Of a stretch of 52,843 nucleotides of DNA, positions 8,888 to 17,045 are shown piece by piece. The position numbers and the translations under genes are program-made. Positions within the stretch are counted from its first letter, which is position 1, and each line of letters opens with the position of its first letter. The stretch is from a virus (lineage: Duplodnaviria > Caudoviricetes): IMG/VR virus record IMGVR_UViG_3300045789_000414, positions 1 through 52,843 of that record; one strand, 5' to 3'. The notes beneath the pieces were generated by a model that saw only the letters and a list, made by a program, of their open reading frames with translations, had not been told where the DNA came from and searched no databases.

Positions 8888-8956
8888 CGCCGCTATAAGC
8901 GGTTGAAAATGAGGAGGAACGACGAATGAACAATCCGATTGATAGCCTTGTTATAT
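8882..8956 (-). other. attC site (75 bp)
   Basis: Minus strand ATATAAC-AAGGCTATCAATCGGATTG...CAACCGCTTATAGCGGC-GTTATTT. Confidence 0.85.
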
Positions 8957-9213
8957 GCAATGCCAATATAGAGCAGGGCTGGCGGTTTAGTACCGCAGAC
9001 TTTTCTTGTATTGCTAATGGTAGAAACAAGGCGGGAATAGTGCTCTTTATTAGAGAGCCAAGCGAAGTTGATAGGTGGCACATGCAGCCCGATGAGCTAA
9101 AAGAATCAGATGATTGCCCGCCTCTCTATGTTGTCGGGGAGGGAATGACTTTTGAAGAAGCGATTATAAATGCAAATTTGGCGGCAGCTCATGCGAAGCC
9201 GATAAGCATATAA
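8926..9213 (+). CDS. Hypothetical protein in attC cassette (8888-9213); RBS and start lie inside the attC
   Basis: GAGGAGG-N8-ATG within the attC loop; stop in GCATATAAC. Confidence 0.65.
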   Translation: MNNPIDSLVICNANIEQGWRFSTADFSCIANGRNKAGIVLFIREPSEVDRWHMQPDELKESDDCPPLYVVGEGMTFEEAIINANLAAAHAKPISI

Positions 9214-9265
9214 CACCCGCATAACCAGCGCATCTTTTAGCGTCCGGTTCATGCGATGGTTAGAA
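9208..9265 (-). other. attC site (58 bp)
   Basis: Minus strand TTCTAAC-CATCGCATGAACCGGACGC...GCGCTGGTTATGCGGGT-GTTATAT; close homologue of 52211-52266. Confidence 0.85.
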
Positions 9266-9292
9266 CAAATTTTAATTAGAAAAGGAAATAAA

Positions 9293-9619
9293 ATGACAAA
9301 TAAAATAGGTGTAAGCCTCAAAATTGATGTAAGCAAGATTGACAAAACAAGATTGTTTGAAGGCACCAAGGGAACTTATTTAGACGCAACTGTTTTTATT
9401 GATATTAACAATGAAGATCAGTACGGCAATAACGGATTTATAGCTCAATCAGTTAGCAAAGAAGAGCGGAAACAAGGCGTTAAGGGCGCGATACTAGGTA
9501 ACGTTAAGGTCTTTTATAAAGACAATAGCGAGTCTCAACAAGGCGGTAATTTTAGCGATGCTCCTAAGCAGCCTTCAGGCGCGATGGATGATTTTGATGA
9601 TGATATAATACCGTTTTAA
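9293..9619 (+). CDS. Phage single-stranded DNA-binding-like protein
   Basis: KIDVSKIDK..LF.G.KGTYLD...DQYGN.GFI.Q...ILGN; acidic tail DDFDDDIIPF; AAGGA RBS before ATG 9293. Confidence 0.75.
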   Translation: MTNKIGVSLKIDVSKIDKTRLFEGTKGTYLDATVFIDINNEDQYGNNGFIAQSVSKEERKQGVKGAILGNVKVFYKDNSESQQGGNFSDAPKQPSGAMDDFDDDIIPF

Positions 9620-9648
9620 TTGACTCCATTCTAATTAGTGCGTACAAT
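9620..9648 (+). promoter_or_regulatory. Sigma70-type promoter for the downstream HNH-like gene
   Basis: TTGACT-17bp-TACAAT. Confidence 0.55.
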
Positions 9649-9677
9649 ATAAGTACACATAGAATGGAGGTTAAGCA

Positions 9678-10163
9678 ATGTTTGAAAAGAAATGCTTTAA
9701 ATGCGGAGAGACTAAGCAACTCTCCGATTTCTACAGGCACAGTAAAATGAAAGATGGTCATGTTAATAAGTGTAAGGAGTGTAACAAGTCTGACGTTAGC
9801 GCAAATTACCGTAAGAATATTGACCATTATAAGGCTTACGAGAAAAGCAGGGCTAACTTGCCTCACAGAGTTAAAGCTAGGAAGGATTACTCTAATTCAG
9901 AGGCTGGACTTGAAGCTGGTAAAATAGCTAGAAAAGCTTGGGTAGAAAGAAACGCCATAAAAAAAGGCGCTTCGACGATGGTTCGTAATGCTGTACGTAA
10001 CGGGAAATTAATTAGACCTAGTCATTGTTCAGATTGTGAATGCGAGCATAATAGATTACACGGGCACCACGATGATTATTCAAAGCCTTTAGATGTAAGA
10101 TGGCTTTGCCCAACTTGCCATAAGCAGTGGCATAAAATAAACGGTGCCGGATTGAATGGTTAA
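9678..10163 (+). CDS. Phage HNH-like zinc-finger endonuclease
   Basis: CFKCGETK.L.DFY...CKEC; C..C...HGHHDDYSKPLDVRWLC..CH. Confidence 0.8.
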   Translation: MFEKKCFKCGETKQLSDFYRHSKMKDGHVNKCKECNKSDVSANYRKNIDHYKAYEKSRANLPHRVKARKDYSNSEAGLEAGKIARKAWVERNAIKKGASTMVRNAVRNGKLIRPSHCSDCECEHNRLHGHHDDYSKPLDVRWLCPTCHKQWHKINGAGLNG

Positions 10164-10265
10164 TTTTAATCTTAGGTGAGTACATTCTGATACTACAACT
10201 CGTATATAGTCCTGCTGCCTTCAGGCTTAACGCCGTTCCTGAAGTACAGCTCTATATAGGATTAG

Positions 10266-10472
10266 ATGATTTTTATGACTAATTGGATTGATTCAGAAGA
10301 TGAAGTAAAACCCGTTGTAGCTAGAACGGTGTTGGCATATTGCCCTGACTGGAACAATAGCGGGTATCAAGTGTGTTACTGGGATGGGAAGGTTTTTAGG
10401 TACGAAGAGCAACCTAATGACGACTTCCATACCTATGTGAACTCATGGGCGATATTTATGGAAGCCGATTAA
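10266..10472 (+). CDS. DUF551-like small phage protein
   Basis: NWI.....P.....VL..........V..W pattern. Confidence 0.55.
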   Translation: MIFMTNWIDSEDEVKPVVARTVLAYCPDWNNSGYQVCYWDGKVFRYEEQPNDDFHTYVNSWAIFMEAD

Positions 10473-10475
10473 GGC

Positions 10476-10548
10476 ATATAACCAAAGTGTAGCTGGCGTG
10501 AATGAAGCGCCAGCGTAATGAACGTCCACGCTGACATAGTTGTTAGTG
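10476..10548 (-). other. attC site (73 bp)
   Basis: Minus strand CACTAAC-AACTATGTCAGCGTGGACG...CGCCAGCTACACTTTG-GTTATAT. Confidence 0.75.
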
Positions 10549-10560
10549 TGTAGGAGTTAG

Positions 10561-10899
10561 ATGATGGAAAGAGCGTTAATTGTAAGGCAGCCGTGGCTTG
10601 ATTTAATTTTGTCAGGTGAGAAAACTTGGGAAATGCGCAGTAAGCCTACAAAGGTGCGTGGGCGAATTGGGTTAATAGAGCAAGGCACTGGCCTAATTGT
10701 TGGTGAGTGCGAGCTGGTTAATTCTGGCGAGTCGATAAACAATTTTAATCTTGGTTACGGCCAGCATTTACACAAAGTGAATGATTTTGATTTGTTGGAA
10801 AAATGGCATTACCCGTGGGTATTAAGTAACGCGGTGCGGTATGAAGTGCCAATTAAATACAAACACCCGCGTGGAGCCGTAACGTGGGTGAGAATATAA
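10561..10899 (+). CDS. ASCH domain protein in attC cassette (10482-10899)
   Basis: ALIVRQPWLDLILSGEKTWEMRS (GxKxxExR) motif. Confidence 0.9.
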   Translation: MMERALIVRQPWLDLILSGEKTWEMRSKPTKVRGRIGLIEQGTGLIVGECELVNSGESINNFNLGYGQHLHKVNDFDLLEKWHYPWVLSNAVRYEVPIKYKHPRGAVTWVRI

Positions 10900-10949
10900 C
10901 GCCTAAAGAAGCCGCGCATCTATGCGTCGGCTTGCTTTACTTGTTAGCA
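10894..10949 (-). other. attC site (56 bp)
   Basis: Minus strand TGCTAAC-AAGTAAAGCAAGCCGACGCA-TAGA-TGCGCGGCTTCTTTAGGC-GTTATAT. Confidence 0.85.
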
Positions 10950-10953
10950 CTTT

Positions 10954-11253
10954 TTACGATGCCAAAGCACGAAGAACAGCACCAGGCTCTTTGGCGACAA
11001 CATTTAGCAAAACCAATGCCGGTCCATGAGGAGTACGGTCACCTCGCTCCCAGTGACGGAGCGTGCTCACACTGATACCAAACGCAGATGCGAATTCATT
11101 TTGAGACATGCCGACCTTTGCCCGAATATTTTTTACGTCCACTGGGCCAAACTCGTGAACGATGGCTTTTTTAACTTTACCCTCAGAAAACTCAATTGCC
11201 TCGGATAAGCCCTGTTTGATACTTGAGAAAGCGCTAGCCATTTGAACCACCAT
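10954..11253 (-). CDS. higA: HigA-type XRE-HTH antitoxin (NadS-like; probable start MASAF at 11241)
   Basis: DVKNIRAKVGMSQNEFA..FGISVSTLRHWERG.R.P.GPA..LL; downstream of toxin. Confidence 0.85.
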   Translation of the reverse strand: MVVQMASAFSSIKQGLSEAIEFSEGKVKKAIVHEFGPVDVKNIRAKVGMSQNEFASAFGISVSTLRHWERGDRTPHGPALVLLNVVAKEPGAVLRALAS

Positions 11254-11575
11254 AGTGCTTGAGTAAAAGTTGAGTTAATTTAGCAAGTTCATTGCGTTCA
11301 GCTTTGTTGATGTTAGCCTTTTCGCCCTTGCCAAAAACCGTTAAAAGAAAGAGTGGAATCTCGCCATTGTGATAGTAGTAAATCACTCTTACTCCACCAC
11401 TTTTCCCCCTTCCTTGAGCAGACCATCGAAGCTTCCTGATACCCCCAGTACCCTGCATAAGATCACTGGACTGAGGATGAGATGCTAAGTAATTGATAAT
11501 GCTCGCCTTTTCATCAGGCTTTAGTAGGCCTTCGGCGCGTTTCTGGAATTCAGGGAGCTCTACAATTGTCTGCAT
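11234..11575 (-). CDS. higB: RelE/HigB-2-type toxin
   Basis: GTGGIRKLRW...GKSGGVRVIYY...LLTVF.K.EKAN; toxin-first operon. Confidence 0.88.
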   Translation of the reverse strand: MQTIVELPEFQKRAEGLLKPDEKASIINYLASHPQSSDLMQGTGGIRKLRWSAQGRGKSGGVRVIYYYHNGEIPLFLLTVFGKGEKANINKAERNELAKLTQLLLKHYGGSNG

Positions 11576-11582
11576 AGGCCCA

Positions 11583-11612
11583 AGTGTAATCCATTGGATT
11601 ATAGTTCGTCAA
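11583..11612 (-). promoter_or_regulatory. TA promoter with palindromic operator
   Basis: TTGACG-18bp-TACACT on the minus strand overlapping TAATCCA-T-TGGATTA (11587-11601). Confidence 0.7.
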
Positions 11613-11627
11613 TGCATGGACTTGTAG

Positions 11628-11684
11628 TGCTAACAGTCACATAACAGGAAGCGTTTTTACTTCCTGTTCATGTGGCGGTTATGT
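11628..11684 (-). other. attC site (57 bp)
   Basis: Minus strand ACATAAC-CGCCACATGAACAGGAAG...CTTCCTGTTATGTGACT-GTTAGCA. Confidence 0.85.
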
Positions 11685-11939
11685 GAAGGCTTAATGAAAG
11701 GAGAGAGTATATGGCCATAGATAAATATATTGAAAAAAAACATAAATAATGCCTAATAAATCAGCTTGCATGATGTTAGCTAAAGTTAACGGAATAAACA
11801 CAAATAAACCAGTAAGATCATGTAAAATATAGCTTTAAGAACCTATCTTAGGACGGTTAGATGAGAACATGGAAAACAAAGTGCCTCGAAGAAGCAGGGA
11901 TATTAATAGCTGTTATTGATAAGCTAAGGGGTCTTAAGA

Positions 11940-12542
11940 GTGAGTAATCAAGCAGGGTCAGATAACAGTAAGCCCGAGTTAAAGAAGCTAACTGAGAGAG
12001 AAGAGTCCTTATGCCAAGCAATGTTAGTTAGCGATAACCAGTCTGAAGCATTCCGTAAGTCTAAGTATGCAACTGATAAAATGAGTCAGGCAACTATAAC
12101 TAAGCAGGCCAGCAGGTATTTCCAGAAACCCCATATTAGGGGGAGGATGGCTATTCTTACCCAAAAGCGTAACGAGAGATCAAAAATAGACGCTGATTAT
12201 GTTATAAAAAGACTGGCGGAAATAGATCAAATGGATGTCAAAGATATACTTGATGATGAAGGTGGATTGCTACCTGTCAATGAATGGCCTAAACAGTGGC
12301 GTATCACTGTTAGTGGTATAGAGGTGTCAAAGCTGAAAGTAGGGCAAGATGGCTCCGCTATACTTTCTAAGATTAAGTGGCCTGACAAAGTAAAGAACTT
12401 GGAGCTTATAGGCAAACATGTTGACGTCCAAGCATGGAGGGAAAAGATTGATGTCACCGTTGTGGACGAAGAAGATATATTGCAGAAGCGAATAAATAAA
12501 GTCGAAGAGCTGAAGAAATCGGCTCAACAAGCATCTGACTGA
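11940..12542 (+). CDS. terS: Terminase small subunit
   Basis: IDADYV..RL.EID.MD..DI...KIKWPDKVKNLEL.GKHVDVQA; directly upstream of TerL. Confidence 0.88.
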   Translation: MSNQAGSDNSKPELKKLTEREESLCQAMLVSDNQSEAFRKSKYATDKMSQATITKQASRYFQKPHIRGRMAILTQKRNERSKIDADYVIKRLAEIDQMDVKDILDDEGGLLPVNEWPKQWRITVSGIEVSKLKVGQDGSAILSKIKWPDKVKNLELIGKHVDVQAWREKIDVTVVDEEDILQKRINKVEELKKSAQQASD

Positions 12543-12545
12543 CAA

Positions 12546-13955
12546 TTGTCTAATTACGATCTAATTCTTACTGAGCAAATAGCCGAATATTACGATGACC
12601 CATTTGGTTTTGTTTTGTTTGCATTCCCTTGGGGGGAAGAGGGGCTAGTTAAGCCCGATACATGGCAGATAGATCAGCTGGTTGGTATAGGTGATGCTAT
12701 AAGTAAAGACCCAATGGGGACTATTCAAGAGGCTATTGCTTCAGGGCATGGTATAGGTAAGAGCACAGAGGTTGCATGGTTGATACTTTGGGCAATGAGC
12801 ACGAGGCCGCATCTAGCTGGATGGGTGACGGCAAATACACAAAACCAATTAACTAAAAAGACATGGCGTGAACTGGCTATTTGGCATAAGCGCATGATTA
12901 ACAAAGACTGGTTCAAGTGGACAGCAACGAGGTTTTTCCATGTCAAGCACCCTGAAACCTGGGGAATGGACGCAATACCTTGGTCTGAACATAACTCAGA
13001 GGCGTTCGCTGGGCTTCATGCTAAGTACGTCCTAATTATTATGGATGAGGCTAGTGCTATCGCAGATGTAATATGGGAGGTTGCCGAGGGAGCGATGACA
13101 ACACCTAGGGCGATGTGGTTTTGTTTTGGTAACCCTACGCGTAATACGGGGCGATTTAGAGAATGCTTTGGAAAATATAAGCACAGATGGCGCAACAGGA
13201 GGATAGATAGCCGTACGTGCGCTATGACTAACAAGGCTAAGATAAAAGAATGGGAGGATGACCACGGGGTAAACTCAGACTTCTTTAAGGTTCGCGTCCG
13301 CGGAGAGTTCCCTATGTCCGGCTCGAATCAGCTAATAAACAGTGGGGCAGTTGAAGAAGCGTTAAAGCGTGACCTGCTTCCAGAAGACTTTAGGTTTATG
13401 CCGATAGTTATAGGGTGTGATGTAGCGAGGTTTGGAACTGATGAGACAGTTATCACGGTTAGGCAAGGCAGAAAGCAGCTTAGCCAAGCCGTGTATATGG
13501 GTATGGATAACATACAGGTTGCTTCTAAATGCGCTGAGACGTACAGGGAATATGAGAGTAAAGGCACTTTAATGGTTGACGAGGTCGGTGTCGGGGCGGG
13601 TGTTGTCGATTATTTAAAGAGCATGGGTTATCCGGTTATTGGGGTAAACGCTGGGTCTAGCGCTGATGACAAAAAAAGGTTCTTCAATAAAAGAGCTGAA
13701 ATGTGGTTTAGAATGAAGGAGTGGATAGAAGCTGGCGCTGATATAGTGGACGACAGTGAGCTATCCGAGCAGCTTATTAGCCCAGAGTATACTTACACGC
13801 CAAAGGAGCAGATCAAGCTAGAGAAAAAAGAGGAAATGAAGGCGAGGGGGCTTTCTAGTCCTGATAGGGGGGATGGGTTAGCCTTGACGTTTGCTCAAAT
13901 AGTAGCGCCTAACCAAATACAAAGCAGTTTTGAACCGGATAGCTACGACCTATAA
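12546..13955 (+). CDS. terL: Terminase large subunit
   Basis: Walker A ASGHGIGKS, Walker B IIMDEAS, GNPTR, nuclease GCDVARFG.D and SPDRGD. Confidence 0.95.
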   Translation: MSNYDLILTEQIAEYYDDPFGFVLFAFPWGEEGLVKPDTWQIDQLVGIGDAISKDPMGTIQEAIASGHGIGKSTEVAWLILWAMSTRPHLAGWVTANTQNQLTKKTWRELAIWHKRMINKDWFKWTATRFFHVKHPETWGMDAIPWSEHNSEAFAGLHAKYVLIIMDEASAIADVIWEVAEGAMTTPRAMWFCFGNPTRNTGRFRECFGKYKHRWRNRRIDSRTCAMTNKAKIKEWEDDHGVNSDFFKVRVRGEFPMSGSNQLINSGAVEEALKRDLLPEDFRFMPIVIGCDVARFGTDETVITVRQGRKQLSQAVYMGMDNIQVASKCAETYREYESKGTLMVDEVGVGAGVVDYLKSMGYPVIGVNAGSSADDKKRFFNKRAEMWFRMKEWIEAGADIVDDSELSEQLISPEYTYTPKEQIKLEKKEEMKARGLSSPDRGDGLALTFAQIVAPNQIQSSFEPDSYDL

Positions 13956-14020
13956 CTTGATAAACAGCTTTATTGAATGAAATTAGGCTACCATTTCTCA
14001 AAACTAATCGTGAGAAATAG

Positions 14021-14377
14021 ATGATTGAGCAATTATCACCAGCAGAAATGAAGGAGGCAATAGCAAATGATCGTTATTGCAAAGAGTTAGGCGTAGCACT
14101 ATTTAAATCGAATCGCAGCCGTAAGTGGTATTTAGAGGTCGTAGATCACGGCAAACTAGCCATCGTAAAAATACCAGAGATCAGCATGAAGTACGGCGTT
14201 ATTGTGCATTTAACACAGTCAATCGAAGTTGATATAAAACGCGTTGTATTTGCAGGAGCAGAGCTTCTAGAGCGATTTAATCTAACACGAGGCAAGAGTG
14301 ATAATGATGATCTATTAAGCCTTGAGCGTAACATAGCAGGCGTTGTAGGTGCTAAAGACGGCGAGATATCAGTATGA
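14021..14377 (+). CDS. Hypothetical protein
   Basis: 118-aa ORF between TerL and portal. Confidence 0.7.
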   Translation: MIEQLSPAEMKEAIANDRYCKELGVALFKSNRSRKWYLEVVDHGKLAIVKIPEISMKYGVIVHLTQSIEVDIKRVVFAGAELLERFNLTRGKSDNDDLLSLERNIAGVVGAKDGEISV

Positions 14378-16521
14378 TGAATGAAGTCGATCAGTACGAG
14401 GATTTAACGCAGGATGATATTGAGGGCTTAGCAGAAGAAGCTAGGTTGCAAGCATGGCTAGAGGAATCAAGAAGTGCCTATGCTGGCTCAACCGATTACC
14501 TAGAAAGCTCGCTACGTCGCCAATGGGAAATCAACCTTCATAACTTCCAAGGGCGACACAGAGACGAGTCAGAAAGAAAGAAGAAGATATTTAGGCCAAA
14601 GATACGAACATCGCTTAGATCGCATGAAGCATCTTTAGCAGCGGCATTGTTCACAAACAACGATGTGCTCGACGTAAAAGGCGCTAATCCAAACGACAAA
14701 GTTCAAGATATATCAGCAAAACTCAACAAAGAGTTAGTTCAGCATCGACTTGATGTGACTATTCCATGGTTTCAAACGGTAATGGGTGCGTATCAAGATG
14801 CAAATGTTTACGGTGTCTGCGCCTCTAAGACTTATTGGGAGTATGAAGTAAAGCGAACCACAGCGATAGAACCTTATCTTGATGAGTACGGCGAGCCTAT
14901 TTTTGATGAAGATGGCGAGATAATGGGTGAAGAGGTTATTACTGACGAGGAAGTCTTAAAGGATGAGCCTGTTATAGACCTATTAGCGCCTGAGAATTTA
15001 TTGCATGACCCTAATGCCGATTGGCGGAATCCTGTTCATGATAGCCCGTACATCATCGAAATCATGCCTATGTTTGCAGGTGATGTTATCGAGAGAATGG
15101 GCAAGCAAGACGATAAAACTTTAGCACCCTCTTGGTATGAGTACAGTATTGAGCAGGTTATGGCGCATGGGCAGGCTGATGATAATGAGTCATTAAGACA
15201 AGTCAGAGCAGGTAATAAGGCAGACCCTAACGACGTCAACGTTAAAAAAGAACATAAAACCGTTTATGTACACTTCAATATCATCAAGAAAGACGGCGTT
15301 GATATGGCGTTCTATACGCTAGGCACAGGGCTTATGTTAAGTGAGCCAGTACCATTGACTGATTATTATCAGTTAGGCAGAGATACTTACACGGTCGGAA
15401 CTTCAATCATTGAGACGCATAGGACCGTACCAGGCGCATTAGCAGAACTGGGTGAGAACCTTCAGCGTGAAGCTAACGTAATCGCTAATCAGCGCCTAGA
15501 GAATGTAAGGTTGGTTCTAAATAAGCGTTACTTCATTAGAAATCAAAGCAATGTTGATCTGGCCGCCTTAATGCGTAATGTCCCTGGCGGTGGTGTCATG
15601 GTTGAGAATCCAAACGAGGACGTAAAGATTGTTAACACGCCTGACGTAACGGGGTCGAGTTATGCTGAGCAGGACCGCTTAAACATGGATATTGATGAGG
15701 TGATGGGCTCATTTAGTCAGTCAACCATAGCGGCTAATAGAACGTTAAATGAAACGGTTGGGGGCATGAACTTGATGTCAGCAGCTACCAATGACGTTCA
15801 AGAATACATGATGCGTACGTTTATCGAAACATGGGTAGAGCCAGTGATGAGGGCAATAAGCAAGCTGGAGCAAATGTACGAGACAGACACGGCCGTTTTA
15901 TCGGTAGCGGGTGATAAAGCAGGTATTCGAGATCAACTAATACAAATAGCAGGTTCTCAAGAGTACCTAGACAAGCTCATCCAGCAAGACCTGTTAGTTA
16001 AAGTTAATGTTGGCATGGGTAATACAAACCCTGAGCAGAAACTAAAACGACTAATGATGGCTATTAACACGGTTAGCGGTATGCCTGAAGCGGCAGGCAA
16101 AACAGACTGGGAAGAGGTTACTAAGGAAGTCTACTCATTCGCCGGCTATGGCGATGGTGGGCGGTTCTTGAAAAAAGATGACCCTGAAGCCCAGCCGCAG
16201 ATGCCAGTTGAGTTACAGATGGAGCAGGCTAAGCAAAAGTTTGAGATGGAGAAGCTTCAGTTAACGCTATCCCATGATTCACAAATGCAACAAATGAAGA
16301 TACAGACTGATTCTGAAGTTAGTTTAGTAGAGTCAAATAACCGACGTGAGCTGGAGCTTATTAAGCTGGCTGAATCAAAAGACCTAAAACTAGAGGATTT
16401 ACGAACAAAGCTGCAAATCGAATCAAGCAAGGATAAGACTAAGCGTGATATTGAAGCTTTAAAAGCTAACACAAGTAACCGTGAAATGAATATCAAGACG
16501 ACAATGGGCAGTGGTATATGA
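14374..16521 (+). CDS. Portal protein (podovirus type, C-terminal coiled-coil barrel)
   Basis: 715 aa after TerL; LQRE.N.I.NQR.ENV; Q/E-rich helical tail. Confidence 0.85.
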   Translation: MMNEVDQYEDLTQDDIEGLAEEARLQAWLEESRSAYAGSTDYLESSLRRQWEINLHNFQGRHRDESERKKKIFRPKIRTSLRSHEASLAAALFTNNDVLDVKGANPNDKVQDISAKLNKELVQHRLDVTIPWFQTVMGAYQDANVYGVCASKTYWEYEVKRTTAIEPYLDEYGEPIFDEDGEIMGEEVITDEEVLKDEPVIDLLAPENLLHDPNADWRNPVHDSPYIIEIMPMFAGDVIERMGKQDDKTLAPSWYEYSIEQVMAHGQADDNESLRQVRAGNKADPNDVNVKKEHKTVYVHFNIIKKDGVDMAFYTLGTGLMLSEPVPLTDYYQLGRDTYTVGTSIIETHRTVPGALAELGENLQREANVIANQRLENVRLVLNKRYFIRNQSNVDLAALMRNVPGGGVMVENPNEDVKIVNTPDVTGSSYAEQDRLNMDIDEVMGSFSQSTIAANRTLNETVGGMNLMSAATNDVQEYMMRTFIETWVEPVMRAISKLEQMYETDTAVLSVAGDKAGIRDQLIQIAGSQEYLDKLIQQDLLVKVNVGMGNTNPEQKLKRLMMAINTVSGMPEAAGKTDWEEVTKEVYSFAGYGDGGRFLKKDDPEAQPQMPVELQMEQAKQKFEMEKLQLTLSHDSQMQQMKIQTDSEVSLVESNNRRELELIKLAESKDLKLEDLRTKLQIESSKDKTKRDIEALKANTSNREMNIKTTMGSGI

Positions 16522-16835
16522 ATAAGTCAGAAATAACACCGGAAGATTTAACGCCTGAGTTTCAGAATGACACAGAAAAGCGTTTATTCTCAAAGGCTCA
16601 AGATGGGCTAACGGCAGACAGCTTTTTGACGAGCCCCGTTGGTAGAATGGTTATAGAGAGATCTCAAGCCGAGGTCAACGAGATATCGGCAAAGTTATTA
16701 GGTGCGGATATGGACGAAATAAAGGAGCTACAAATCAAAGCAAGAGTGGCGATAGAAGCCGTTAATTGGCTTGTTAACGTTGTCGAAAACGGAGAGCTCG
16801 CTCATCAACAACTAGAGGCAATGAGAAATGAATAG
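16518..16835 (+). CDS. Small head-module protein
   Basis: FLTSPVGR motif; conserved position after portal. Confidence 0.65.
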   Translation: MNKSEITPEDLTPEFQNDTEKRLFSKAQDGLTADSFLTSPVGRMVIERSQAEVNEISAKLLGADMDEIKELQIKARVAIEAVNWLVNVVENGELAHQQLEAMRNE

Positions 16836-17045
16836 CGTGGATTTATTAGATGAGATTGACGACTACAGGAAAGATTTTTTAACCATTAGTCCTGACCTGC
16901 TAGATAAGATTATCAATGACTATGTTCAAGATACATATGGGTCGAGGCTTGTTCAATTAGAAAGCCGTAACAATGATTTAGTGGCGCAGCTAGAGCCGCT
17001 TTAGAAGCTAACTAGCGATTTTAAATTAAATAAGGATATTTAATC

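Noticed and set aside
3201-11684. Palindromic repeats as a CRISPR array, REP elements or plain terminators
   Set aside because: The copies are divergent, separated by whole genes and lack U-tracts; they carry TAAC/GTTA boxes with cross-matching cores typical of attC.
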